NCBI GenBank assembly: GCA_964187785.1
Contig: OZ076409.1
Coordinates: forward strand, 18,602,001-18,666,000
DNA: 64,000 bases
Direction of reading: 5' to 3'
Origin: Amphiscolops sp. MND2022
Taxonomy: Eukaryota
Shown here piece by piece: positions 1-12,227 of the stretch. The translations under genes and the position numbers were made by a program. Numbering within the stretch: position 1 is the first letter of the stretch; each line of letters opens with the position of its first letter. Under the pieces are notes generated by a model, which was given only the letters and a program-made list of their open reading frames with translations, had not been told where the DNA came from and did not search any database.

Positions 1-368
1 TTATGTGGCCCAGAACGATTCCACTGGAGTCTGTGATCCCAAGTGATTGAATGGGACATTAGAGGAGCAACATTTTCTGCGAGAAAAGTTGACGATTTCA
101 AAGAAAAAGTTGGAATTTGAAAAAAAGAGTCTGCGGACAGTTGAAGAGAAAGTTCTACAATTGGATTTCACAACTTTACGAAAACTTTTTGAACCCAGAA
201 GAACTTTTTAAAGTAATACGGAAAACTTTGAACTTTCTCATTAATTAGTGCTAGATCCCTTCCCATATAAGAAATTCCCCTTTGAATTTTAAAAAAAAGA
301 GATTTTTTTATAACAAAATGCATTTCAATTCAGGATGATGAAATCAAATAAAAATTAGAGTTTCAGAC

Positions 369-637
369 TGTACTGACCTACATTAATAACCAATAGTATT
401 TAGATGTTTATAGAATGTTCTAGAATGTACATTTATTTGTTATTGAATGATTGTAAATCTCTACTCCTTCAGAGAGAGAAAACTAATAATCAGTATTCAG
501 TTGACTTCCTTTTTGTTCTACTCCTAACACCTCGGAATAGTTGTAATAAAGTAAGCTAGCTAGCCTGTCTCTCAGCCGCTTTTAGTAGTTGCGTATAAGA
601 CCATCAAAAACAATAACCAACCATTAAAAGCAGCACA
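369..637 (+). repeat. 5' LTR (269 bp)
   Basis: TGTACTGACC...GCAGCACA. Matches 18560-18828 except for 2 substitutions. AATAAA at 545-550. Confidence 0.97.
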
Positions 638-640
638 ATT

Positions 641-655
641 TGGTGCGACTTGTAA
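641..655 (+). promoter_or_regulatory. Primer-binding site (tRNA identity not determined)
   Basis: TGGTGCGACTTGT begins 3 nt after the LTR end. TGG is complementary to the tRNA CCA end. Confidence 0.8.
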
Positions 656-879
656 AAGTTTTCTTTTGCCTTTTCTCCTGGATGATTTCTCTTCTCTCAA
701 CAATCATACAAATACCACTCTCCATGTTTGAAATTCTCTGGAATTGCAGTGAAATCTTTCTAGAATTTCTTGAACGTTTGGTCTGTGACTTTCTAAATTT
801 CATTAATAAATACATCATCGTTCGAAACACAATTTCTCCACTACAACAATCAACTTTAATATAACAAATTTTCTTCACT

Positions 880-1210
880 ACCGGTTTATCACGTTTTCTA
901 ACACGTTGACACGGTACTTCTTCCTGTTCTTCTAGCCAAACCGGTTTATCACGTTTTCCAATACGTTGAAACGGTTTCATTTCGGACTGATTTATCCATT
1001 GTGACACAGTTCTGTTTTTCTTCTTTTTCCAGACTGATTTATCCAAAGTGACACAGTTCTGTTCTCCATACTGATTTATCACAGCTAATCCGGAAGCTTG
1101 TTGAAACAGTTCTCTGATGTTTGTCTGGTTTATCAAGGTTTTCTAACACCTTTGACACAGCAACATTTGTCTGGTTTATCAAGGTTTTCTAACACCTTTG
1201 ACACAGCAAC
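880..1210 (+). repeat. Degenerate tandem repeats in the retroelement leader
   Basis: CCGGTTTATCACGTTTTC recurs at 60-bp spacing (881, 941). An exact 45-bp unit is duplicated with 46-bp period (1120-1164, 1166-1210). Shared GGTTTATCA..GACAC motif. Confidence 0.8.
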
Positions 1211-2235
1211 TTTCTTCAATCCTGCTATCTTGAACGTCAGGTGGACTCCTGGTGTAATAGTTGACTGAGTGCATGTCCAACTCCGCTCACCTATAAGCAC
1301 ATACGTCTCAAGATCAACTTCGTGTTGGCAGAAAACCTGGATTTTCCACTTTTACGTTTCGGATCCCCTTTCTACAAAATTTCCTACAAAAAATTTCAGA
1401 AATAGACTCTGAAAACAAAAAAAAGGCAACCAAGACTAACTACCAAAAACAACCACGCACTATTCCCTTTCTTTCCCTATTGTCGACAAACAATACAAAT
1501 AAATTCACAAAACTTCAATAATACAAATAACTTCAAAAATGTTTTCAATAACCAACAAAAATAACAATAACAAATAAACTCAAACTTACCTCAAGTACTT
1601 CCAATAATAATAATTTTAACATAATCCTACAAAACAATTATTTTAACAAAATACAACATACAATTTTCACAACTCTTTTGCTTTAAAACTTAAAATAAGC
1701 ATGTAAATAACACAAACAAAGTAAAGTTAGTTTTCTACTTTCAGGCACCCACAATTCCTATCCCCTCCCGTAAGACTTAGCCAATCAGACAGCCTCACCA
1801 GCGTACTGTGATTCTAAGACTGACTAAAAACCTTAGTTAAGTGTAAACGTTTTTAAGGAGAATCGAGAGGACACCGAACTACGTTCGAATCTTCAAAATT
1901 CTCAGGAAGTAAAAGTAAAAGTAAAAGAAACAAAGATCAAATTTTGATCTTGATCAGTATTGATCAGACTTTGGATAGTGGACGTTGATTGTTCAGAGTT
2001 CCACTCCTTTAGTCTTAAAACACACAACCCACTTAAAATTAAAACAACCTTAGTTTTTTCTGGACGTGTCAGTAACCTTATGTTAGACACCTTAAAGTGA
2101 TCCAGACTTAAAATAACATTTAGTTTCTGTTAGCAATCCTTTGAGGTTGAATACAGATCCTACTGCACCCGCTTATTTCTTCTCTATCCTAAAATATTAA
2201 CTTCTCAAATAACTTCAAATTACAATACAACTTAT

Positions 2236-2562
2236 ATGAACCCAAACCAAGAAATTTATCCTTTCAACTTTTACATTCCACCAATTAGCTCACTTCAAAA
2301 CCCTACACCAAACGATTTTGAAAGATTAATTGAACGATATCAACGATATTTCTTCTTTATCATAAATCAACAAAGAAATTACCCAAGAGCTCGAACTTAG
2401 AAAATCTTTATACAAGACATTTCAACGTTATAACCTTCACATTATAACATGTGGGAAAAGGTTACCACAGTAGTACTCATTACAACATACACGTTTTGTG
2501 TCTTATTTATAGTTTGTGTTCTTCTTGAAAAAATACTTACAGTGATAAGAGATGAACTTTAA
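2236..2562 (+). pseudogene. Putative small ORF0 of the retroelement with C-terminal hydrophobic segment (two in-frame stops)
   Basis: ATG 2236 MNPNQEIYPFNF...RART*KIFIQDISTL*PSHYNMWEKVTTVVLITTYTFCVLFIVCVLLEKILTVIRDEL*. Ends 2 nt before the ORF1 ATG. Confidence 0.4.
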
Positions 2563-2564
2563 AA

Positions 2565-3854
2565 ATGTCCTCAACGACAACCCCTCTACCTTTCCAAACT
2601 CCCGTCATTAAAAATGCAAAAGTTGTAAAATTAGAACTAAACCCATTTCTACAAAACATTTTTTCACAATATACACAACCACTCCCATTTGAAAATGAAC
2701 CACACACAATTGAAACAACCCCTCTTATTAGAGAACATTTGGACACATACCTTTTCTATATTAGATATAAAGTTTTAACAATCACCGAAGAATACCCAAC
2801 TTTTCAAATATCCTTTCCTCAACAAAAACTTAACTCATCTCATATATACAGAAGAACAATAAACCCAATAAACCTTCAAGTTCCTAAAGTTTTTCATGCT
2901 TTTCTAAATAATGTAAAAGACCACAATTTAGCACACGAAATTCCAAAATATAGTCCAAATGCACTCGACGATCTTCAACGATACATAGACAATTTCGACG
3001 TAGAAATTATTGAAACATTGGTTAATCCTGATGACAACCCTCATCATTGGTTACAAGCTGATATATTACGAATTCAAAATTTCATCTACCACTACTTCAA
3101 AGACCTAACATTAAATGACCAAACAATTCCTCAGATCAAAGTAATATCTTTATTTCTCAGAAAATACTTCAGATTTAATTATCAACTATTATGGTCTCAA
3201 CAAGATCAATCTGCTTTTACAGCATTTCCAGATCATTTTACATTAGAAGAATGTTTACCATTCATCATCAGTGAACAAAATGAACACCCTTACTTTCATA
3301 AACCACAATTAATTACAAAACAAACCTTAGATTACATACGTTTCGATCCTCTATTAATTACAGAAAATGATCTATTCCCAGATAATAGACCTTACCACTA
3401 TCAACAAAATTCTCAAGATCAACAAAACTTACATTTTAACACTAACAATTCTACTGAAGATGATAACACCGATCAGGAAAATACAACCCAACAACAAAAT
3501 CAACCTGAAAACTATAACGATAATGAGTTTACTACCCAAGAATCTACAATCTCAACATATAATCCATCACAAACAGGGACATCAACATCAGTACATACTC
3601 ACTCCTTTAGAGTTCCCACTAGAGTTGTAAATCAAAGACAAAATATACATAGTCCTCAATCTCATTTAGATACATCTCCAAACCGTAATATAACTTTTAA
3701 CCTTCCACATACAGACGACATAAACGATGAAACCCATGATACATTACAATATAATACTATGACTACATCTAGTGCTCAGAATACTTCTGCTAATGTTGCA
3801 TCTCCAACAAGAACTACCTCTGATTCTACAAGATACATTACTCGACCTAGATAA
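2565..3854 (+). CDS. N-terminal extension of the gag-pol polyprotein (unknown globular domain plus N/Q/T-rich linker)
   Basis: 429-aa ORF in the same frame as 4215-6515. A single TAA (3852-3854) separates them and the frame is open from 3855 to 4214. Confidence 0.7.
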   Translation: MSSTTTPLPFQTPVIKNAKVVKLELNPFLQNIFSQYTQPLPFENEPHTIETTPLIREHLDTYLFYIRYKVLTITEEYPTFQISFPQQKLNSSHIYRRTINPINLQVPKVFHAFLNNVKDHNLAHEIPKYSPNALDDLQRYIDNFDVEIIETLVNPDDNPHHWLQADILRIQNFIYHYFKDLTLNDQTIPQIKVISLFLRKYFRFNYQLLWSQQDQSAFTAFPDHFTLEECLPFIISEQNEHPYFHKPQLITKQTLDYIRFDPLLITENDLFPDNRPYHYQQNSQDQQNLHFNTNNSTEDDNTDQENTTQQQNQPENYNDNEFTTQESTISTYNPSQTGTSTSVHTHSFRVPTRVVNQRQNIHSPQSHLDTSPNRNITFNLPHTDDINDETHDTLQYNTMTTSSAQNTSANVASPTRTTSDSTRYITRPR

Positions 3855-4214
3855 GATCCTCCATCAATTCCCTCCGCCTTTCGCTCAAACAGATCAACCA
3901 CTTCTAGTAACAATTTTAATGATAATCCTCAAACTTCCAACCGATATTACGATCCATTTAATTATAACTTTTATCCTCCATCAAACACAACTACCAATAC
4001 AAATATAAACCAAAACCACTCTCAAATTAATACAATTTCAACAACACAAAACCCCTTCATACAATTATCAAATACCAATACATCCCAGAATATATATTCT
4101 CAAAATCGAGGAACCTCGTGTACTTCCATTTCTTATTCTAATATTACACAGGATTCTCAAAGAAGACTTCATAATCCTCCACTTACACATATCCCAACTG
4201 ATCCTCTGTATCGA

Positions 4215-6515
4215 ATGCATCCAAATCCAAATCTTAACCCTAATCCTAACCCATTCTCACCAAATACAATCCAACATATACCTCCACCACTCACACAACA
4301 ATTAGCTTCTTCACCCCAATATCTACCAATGCCACAAGATACCTTTATAAACATGTCCGCTTCAATACCAGAACCTATGAAACCTTTTGATGGTTTGGAC
4401 CATTCTTACACCCCCGAAGAATATCTACAACAAGTCGAAGCAAGATTAACCTTCGCCATAGGTGAAGAACCTCAAAATAATCCTATAAAATACAAATCTT
4501 GGCATAATAGACGCATGGCTTACATACAATGTTCATTAATAGGAACAGCTCTCGATTGGTACACTAACCTCCATATATCGTATAAACAACAATGGAATTC
4601 CTTTGTACAACTATTCAAAAAACAATTCTCATCTCAAAAAACTGCTTACTACGCTCAAGTAGAAGCTATGTCACTCATGAAAAAGGATAATGAAACAGTT
4701 CGCCACTTCGCCCTTAGAGTACAACAATTAGGTAAAAAGGGATGGTGTAATGAAAATGCAGCTACCATAAATCTCAAAAATAATGAAATCTTTACAAAAG
4801 GGTTACCAAAGAAGTTAAAAGATTTTGCCCATAAACGACAAGTTAAACATGTATCAACATTACTTGAACCTTCAATACCATTTCATACACTTGTTAGACA
4901 TGTCGATTCTGAAGATATTGCTAATGAAAAAATCAGAACTAACGACTTAGCCCTAGAAATAAACAAAGTATCGCTTGAAGAGAATACTAACAAAAAAGAA
5001 TTGGAATACGAAGATCAGATAATGGTTACTCAAACTGGAGACCCAAATAACAAAAGCAAACCAGCGTATAGAAAATATTGTTCCTATTGTCATAAAAATA
5101 ATCATAGTATTTCAAATTGTTATCAAAAACAACGTGATGACGAATACCAGAAATACAATAACCAAAGATCACGAACTCCTCAACAATCCTTTGTACAATA
5201 TTTTCGCAGTAAACCTAATAATCCTCAGGAAAATCGAAATGAAAATACAAACTCTTATTCCTCAGATAATGATCGTAATAAATATAATCAAAACTACTAT
5301 AATGATAGATACAGAAACAATGATAGATATCGTAGCAATAGTAGAGAATATTCGCAAAACACCTATAGATCAAACTCTCGACAAAGATATTATAATCGAT
5401 CCCGAAGTCCGTATAGATCTCGATTTGATAATTATTATCAAAGAAGAACACCACCTAGATCTCCATATAGATCTCCATACAGAAATAACTCAAATTACAG
5501 ATATAATTCTCGCTCAAGATACAGATCTCGTTCTCAATCACAAGGAAACTCCTTTAAACGATATAATTATCCATATAGATCTCCATCAAGACCTAGAGAT
5601 TTTAGATCAAGATCTAGAACACCCTCAAGAAACAGACAACAAAACAGAATAAATCAAGTAGACGTTAAACCCCCAAAAGAAAATGATAGTACAAAAATTG
5701 AAATCCACACCTGTCAAATGACTGAAATAGATAATACAATCACCCCTTATAGTTGGTTTTATCCACTATATATTCACGCCTCTGAAACAAATGACAACAT
5801 ATTACCTTCAAAATTAGAAATCTTATTCCTTTTAGATACTGGAGCTTCCATATCTGTTTTGAATTTACCAACATTTCATGTAATTTCCAAACAATTAAAC
5901 ATCAATATTCTAACTAACCTCCAAAACAAAAGAGCCAAAACTCTTACAGTTGCAAACCAAACTGAAGTACCAATAATACATTATATTTCGATGACCTGTT
6001 TCACTGAAGTAAATCACAAAACACGATCCTTCAATATCGATTTTGCCGTAGCAAATATCAAATACAACATTCTTGGAACACCCTTTTTCAAAAAGCACAT
6101 CCAAAATATTGATTTTCAACAAAACATTATGACGTACACAGAACAACATCCAAAGCTTTCAACAAAAACTACATTTTCTACATTTACAGAAAAAGATTAT
6201 CCATATATTTCTTACATTTATACTATTAAATGTAAGGAACCAATTCACTTTAAACCAAGGTCAGGAAAAACCATACATTTTCCAATTAAAAACTATTCAA
6301 ATCTACATTTTGAACTCGAAGATAATACGAAGTTCTACCCAACAAACCCATATACACATTTCTTACAAAAATTTAAAAATATCTTTCATTTCTTAGATAT
6401 GATAGTCAATGAAAAAAGCAAAGACTCATGTGCAACCATAATTCAAAACTTTACATCTTACCCAGCTACATTACCACGAGGAATTATTGGATATATAGAA
6501 ATACCTATTACATAA
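4215..6515 (+). CDS. gag: Gag (capsid-like, CCHC knuckle, RS-rich region) plus aspartic protease plus possible degenerate dUTPase-like segment
   Basis: PFDG...LIGTALDWY...WNSFVQLFKKQF...ETVRHFALRV (retrotransposon gag). CSYCHKNNHSISNC knuckle. RSRSP repeats. LLDTGASISV and ILGTPF protease motifs. Confidence 0.9.
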   Translation: MHPNPNLNPNPNPFSPNTIQHIPPPLTQQLASSPQYLPMPQDTFINMSASIPEPMKPFDGLDHSYTPEEYLQQVEARLTFAIGEEPQNNPIKYKSWHNRRMAYIQCSLIGTALDWYTNLHISYKQQWNSFVQLFKKQFSSQKTAYYAQVEAMSLMKKDNETVRHFALRVQQLGKKGWCNENAATINLKNNEIFTKGLPKKLKDFAHKRQVKHVSTLLEPSIPFHTLVRHVDSEDIANEKIRTNDLALEINKVSLEENTNKKELEYEDQIMVTQTGDPNNKSKPAYRKYCSYCHKNNHSISNCYQKQRDDEYQKYNNQRSRTPQQSFVQYFRSKPNNPQENRNENTNSYSSDNDRNKYNQNYYNDRYRNNDRYRSNSREYSQNTYRSNSRQRYYNRSRSPYRSRFDNYYQRRTPPRSPYRSPYRNNSNYRYNSRSRYRSRSQSQGNSFKRYNYPYRSPSRPRDFRSRSRTPSRNRQQNRINQVDVKPPKENDSTKIEIHTCQMTEIDNTITPYSWFYPLYIHASETNDNILPSKLEILFLLDTGASISVLNLPTFHVISKQLNINILTNLQNKRAKTLTVANQTEVPIIHYISMTCFTEVNHKTRSFNIDFAVANIKYNILGTPFFKKHIQNIDFQQNIMTYTEQHPKLSTKTTFSTFTEKDYPYISYIYTIKCKEPIHFKPRSGKTIHFPIKNYSNLHFELEDNTKFYPTNPYTHFLQKFKNIFHFLDMIVNEKSKDSCATIIQNFTSYPATLPRGIIGYIEIPIT

Positions 6516-6683
6516 ACAACTCCTCCTCACTACAGAGTTAACGATGTAAATTCACTCATTCACTCTGTAATACATGCATATCACCCTGATACCACAACCC
6601 CGATTAAACAAATTCCATATACAGATATGAACTTATGTACTAGGGTAATACCACAATCCCTATTAGAAATAAACAAGAATATA

Positions 6684-8375
6684 ACGACAAAACACTTCAA
6701 CTTCCTATACCTTCTGTTACTGGAAACCTTCGACCTTCAGATAAAATTCGAAAAGATTTCCCTCCATTACCCTATTCTACAGAAAACCAACAATTCATAA
6801 AGAAGTTCAATTTCGAATACTCAGATTTAACCGATACAGAATATGTAAATCTCTGCAATATTCTAATTAACAACCAAAATTGTTACGCCAAACATAAAAA
6901 CGACGTAGGAAAGATTTCTACTCCTTTTCGAATTAGAATAAAAGATAATTGTAAACTTCACACACAAAGACCTTCCAAAGTACCTATCCACTATAGAGAT
7001 AGACTAAATAAACTTTTACTAGAACTCGAAAAATACAACATCATAAAACAAATTGGTTCGACAACAGATGAAAAACATACTATTGGAACAACATTTTTAA
7101 ACCCTTTAATTATTATCCCAAAAGGAGACGCAATAAAAGTTGTTTTAGACGCAAGACATCTAAACTCAAACACTAACCAAGAACTTGAATCTTGGCCTAT
7201 TGAACCTTTAGCTCCTCAATTAGCTAGAGCAAATAAAAAATACAAATCAACTATTGATCTAATGTATGCATATGCTCATACACCATTAGATGAAGAAACA
7301 ATTAAACTTACAGGATTTTCATCCGGTGACAAATTATACGCCTTTATCCGTGGATTTTACGGATTAAAAGGACTTCCAAACATCTTCACAAAACAAATGT
7401 CAACTTTCTTTAGATCACTTATAGACAAACGTTCTGCGTTAGTTTATATAGATGATATTCTATTACCCGCAAATGAAAAACAAGAAATGTTTGAACTTAT
7501 AAAAGAATTACATACAATAGCATCTCGAGAAAATCTCAAACTTGCACATGAAAAATCGTTCTACATGTTACTCAAAGTAAAATTCCTTGGACATGGAATT
7601 GGTAACAACACAATTAAACCAATTCCATCCAAAATTGAAGCTATTAAAAGAATCCCATCACCAAAAGAAAAGAAAGATGTTATGCAATTTCTTGGCAGTG
7701 TTAACTTTTATTCAAAATTCATTGAAAAACTTCATATATACCTTAAACCATTGTATACATTACTACATGATGATGTTAAATTTCAATGGACACCTGAATT
7801 AGAAAAACTATTTCATAATGTTAAAAACGCAATGACAGCAGACACTGAATTAACAATACCCAACACCACGCATCCATTTTTTATAACAGTAGATGCTTCG
7901 TTAGTAGGTTTAGGCGCAGTCTTATTCCAAATGAACGAAGAAAATAAGATGAAAGTAATCTCTTATAACTCCAGAATTCTCAATACACAAGAACAAAAAC
8001 TTTCAACTTTAGACAGAGAACTTCTTGCAATAGTTTACGCATTACAAATATATGGATTTTTTTATCATTGGATCTCCTCATCCTATATATCTCTTCACAG
8101 ATCACAAGCCTTTACTACATTGTTTCGCAAAGAAAGGAAATCTTAGTCCTAGATTCTATAGAGCACAAATGCAATTAACCAAATTCTCCAAATTAAAAAT
8201 CATTCATACCCCTGGAAAAAATTTAACTGTAGCAGATATGCTTTCAAGAACCTCTACAAAAGAACAGCTACAAGTACACCAATTACGACACAAACAATTA
8301 CCACCTCAAATAGATTTCTCTTTCATGAAAGATATTCAACTCAAACCAGTACATTATTTAGTAATGAAGAAATAA
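6684..8375 (+). pseudogene. pol: Reverse transcriptase and RNase H (frameshifted)
   Basis: LNPLIIIPK..VVLDARHLN..IDLMYAY..FYGLKGLP..VYIDDILL..FLGH. RNase H motifs TVDASLVGLGAVL, DRELLAI, FTDHKPL, ADMLSR. Frameshifts near 6680, 8060 and 8365. Confidence 0.93.
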
Positions 8376-10587
8376 AATATAATCAAAAGAATGATTGTCA
8401 TCCTATCCTTGCTGACTACGGAGACGACCAATTCTACATCCGTATGAATAACAAAGGAGAAGATATACATATAAAGCCTTTAGATTCCTTCTCTTTTCAA
8501 TCTATTGTTCCATTTTAATCAAAATATAAGCAGCATACAAAAAAACAAGCAAAATCTCTTTTACAACAATCGACAATTCTTAATGATACTGACATTCTTA
8601 GTGATGAAGATGAAATAACACCATCAAATACTATCCAACAACAAAACTCGAACATAGTAAAAGAATACACCCTTGCTATACAATATCCTACCAAATCTGA
8701 CTATTGTAGACAACAAGTTCCATTTTTTGATCCATCCTTTTTCAAATACAAAAAATATTTTAATTACTTCTTCCTACCAGAAGATACACAAATAACCATT
8801 GAAACAATAAAAGCTCAACAAAATCAAGATACTGTTTTACAAAAGGTTTACCAATGGATACTTAATAATGAAAGACCCTTTCAAATAGACCCAACAATTG
8901 CAGCTAACTCTTTCTTATTAGTATATTACAAACTCTTCAACCAATTATATATTAATCATGATACAAAAATTATTCACATAGATTATCCTAATCTTCACGA
9001 TTCAAACCCGAATCAAAGAGACAAAATATGTCTACCATTTAAACTTTTCCACACAGCTTTTAACAAACTTCATGCTCATGGACATTCAGGAATAAAAATA
9101 TCCATCAAAGCTTTCAACCAATTTTACTTCATACCGTACCTGAATAAATGGATGTCAATATTCATCCATGATTGCATTGAATGCCAACAAAATAAACATA
9201 TTAACCAAAAATTACAAACTGCATCTATACAAACCTTCTCAGAAAATGCTTCATATTTTAATTACCGAATATCAATGGATACAAAAGGACCTATAAACCC
9301 ACCATCAAATCAAAATTCATACATTCACGTTATAGTAGACGCTTTTAGTCACTTTGTAGTAACAGTACCCATAAAACAAAATAATGCTCAAAACGCTGTT
9401 AACTCATTACTACATCATTGGATAACAAAATTTGGACCTCCTGTATACCTAGTTACCGACCGTGGAACAGAATATATTAATTCAGAATTTGCAAATCTTT
9501 GTACCACAATGGGAATTAGACATTCACCAAGAACTCCTTATGCACCATGGACAAATGGTTTAGTTGAAAATCAAAACAGAAATCTTGGAACTCATCTCAG
9601 ACTTTTCTTACATAACACTCCAGAAAATTGGTCAACTCAAGTCCATATGTATGCTTATGCACATAATTCCGACCACTTTCTGAATTAAACTTATCTCCAT
9701 ATGAAATAGTATTCCATACTATACCCAGAATTCCAATCAACTTTGAACTCAATCTCCAAAGAGATACATATAGAAATTGTACTTCTCAATATTGTCAAGA
9801 ATTACCACTTCATACACACTATGACAAATCAAATCTAAACCCTTTCTTTCATAAAATTTTATCTAAACCAATTCCACAATGGATCTTAGCTACTGAAACT
9901 GCTATGATACAGATATACCATACGGTATATGAAAACACAAAAAGAAAGATTAATTCCTATGCTTATTTTAACAAAACATATCACAATACAAGACCCTTAG
10001 ATATTGGTACATTTGTACTAAAAAGAAATTTTCTCCATGTTCATTTTTCCGATAAATTAAAACGTCTCAGAATTGGCCCATTCAAAATTATTAACAAACT
10101 CTCCGATATAACATATGAAATTGTTAATCAAGATGGTTATACATCGCACATACATAGAAATCTTTTAATTCCTTATTATCCAAAAGAACCAGTTATTTTC
10201 CCTTTCATACAACAATATAACCCTCATTTATTTAATGAATGTCATTCAAATACAAACGATCAAATAATTAACTCTGATGAAGACAAATTTACAGACGAAG
10301 AACAATTTCCTTCCACAACATTTAATAAAGAAACGGATATACCATCCACGATTGACTTACAACCAGAACGATTTAACCAAAATTCTTCATTTCCATATAA
10401 ACAAAAAGAACAAATTCCTCAAAATACCTCCCTGAATAACCAATCAGATATTCATGATTATGATAATTTTATTAATCCCCGAAGACACTCCTATAATAGA
10501 TACAATTTCCGCCCACAAACAAGAAAAGACTACCGACTCTTCCTTGGTGAAAAGGATATATTTTCAATTTCTCAAAAATCCTGCTGA
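8376..10587 (+). pseudogene. pol: Integrase (HHCC, DDE, GPY/F) with linker, disrupted
   Basis: LHAHGHSG...CIECQ zinc finger. SMDTKGP, TDRGTEY and NGLVE catalytic motifs. IGPFKII GPY/F module. In-frame TAA at 8516-8518 and frameshift near 9668. Confidence 0.92.
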
Positions 10588-10756
10588 AATACGGAATACA
10601 GAAAGAAATACACACAAAGAAAGTTTGAAAGAAAGAAAAAGTTTGAAGCTTAATGCGAAAATAAATGAAATTTATTTGACGAATGAGAATAAAAGAAAGA
10701 AATCCTAATTGATATAAAACTATAACTATTTTACAAGCTGAAACTAACTATCATAA

Positions 10757-12225
10757 CACAACGATTTCAAAATTGATAGACATATTCACTCACCATCATC
10801 AACTACAACTAACTCTTCTTCTAGTTCAACACATTCACTCCAAAGATTACCTGAATATACAGCATATTTAAAGTCAGATACAGACATACTGGATTCCTCA
10901 TCCTCAAATCCCAGTCCATCCGCTCCATATACTCCTGATAGAGTACCAACAACACCCACTAATACACCTATATCCCAAACTCAACCACAAATATTAACAA
11001 CTCAATCACAACCGATTTCACGAAATCTAACATTTTTAGAAACAAATTCACCACTTTCTGACTCTAATGATGAAACATCTACAATACCAAATACACAAGA
11101 TACTTCAGATATTTTGAATATACCTCCTCTTCCACCGATTACTACCACTCGTTCTATTCATATCCCTGATCCTAGCTCAGTCCTACAATACATAAATTCT
11201 TGTCCACACAAAGTACCAACTGCAACGAAAACAAAAAGAAAAACTCCTTTACCTACATTACCACAAAATCTTGATTTACCATCATCAAGTAATATCCCAA
11301 TAACATTTTTACCAGAACCTTCATTAAAATCACCAACGAAAAAATCACAAAAATACCCAACTCCTTCACCATCGGAACTAAGTTCCTTCACATTTTCTCA
11401 AATATATCCCAAGCTTGAATTACAACGTGTACATTCAACAACTACCTCTTATTAACAGATTTATATCATAAAGATAAAGACTCTGACTCAACTGCTAGTA
11501 CTAGAGTACCAAGACATAATTATAACCTTCGATCTCAACAACAAAGAGATTCTCAAGAATTACAATCCTTAACTAGTTCAAGTACAAACTCAAGACTACT
11601 TCGACAACACGCCCAACCCAGATTGGACACTTCTTCTCTTTCCTCATCTCAGCCCACTATACCATCTTCTCTATCACTACCATTTCAAATCACATCAGGA
11701 TTTGAAACAGTCTCTCTTCTTTCTGAAGAGCCAGCAACTATATCAGATAGCGCAGCTAATTTTTCACGAGTTTACTCACCTAGTTCAATAGCATCAAACT
11801 CCTCTATACAATTACCTGAATATTTTTTAGAAGAATTCTCAAGACCTCCATCGCCAAATCCTCACGAATATCCTATTCGTGTTAACTCAAAACTTGTTCG
11901 CACGCTTAACGAAGATCCTCGATACACGGTATTACCTGCAAGATTTATAAACAATAGTTCACTCTCAACTCAAAGAAAACAAAGAGAACTACGAAGATTA
12001 CAAGAACAACAACTCACATTAAAATTTGAAGTAGAAGTCACATTCAACTCGTTAGGACCTCATCCATTCTCTCTTTCAACAAGAGTAGCACATAAAACAA
12101 CCCCATCACCATTCATTGTTACCTCCATTTCCTACCTTTGTGACGCAGATATACCTGAGATTAGAACAGGACATATAAACTTTTTAAATCCCTACTCAGG
12201 ACTCAATTATAGATCAATATTTTAA
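10757..12225 (+). pseudogene. Accessory ORF between pol and env: S/T/P-rich with small globular C-terminus (frameshift near 11450)
   Basis: Frame open 10757-11455 (contains PSAPY), then continues in another frame (RHNYNLRS...) into ORF 11623-12225. No clear start codon. Confidence 0.6.
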
Positions 12226-12227
12226 CC

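Noticed and set aside
1..120. Coding-looking sequence at the window start as a gene A exon
   Set aside because: All three forward frames stop within 50 nt and there is no similarity to gene B exons 1-3.
640..864. 74-aa hydrophobic ORF next to the 5' LTR
   Set aside because: Starts at a TTG overlapping the PBS. Hydrophobicity follows from T-rich composition.
3367..5652. Alternative-frame Ile/Asp/Leu-rich ORFs (3367, 3772, 5134)
   Set aside because: Off-frame reads of low-complexity gag sequence.
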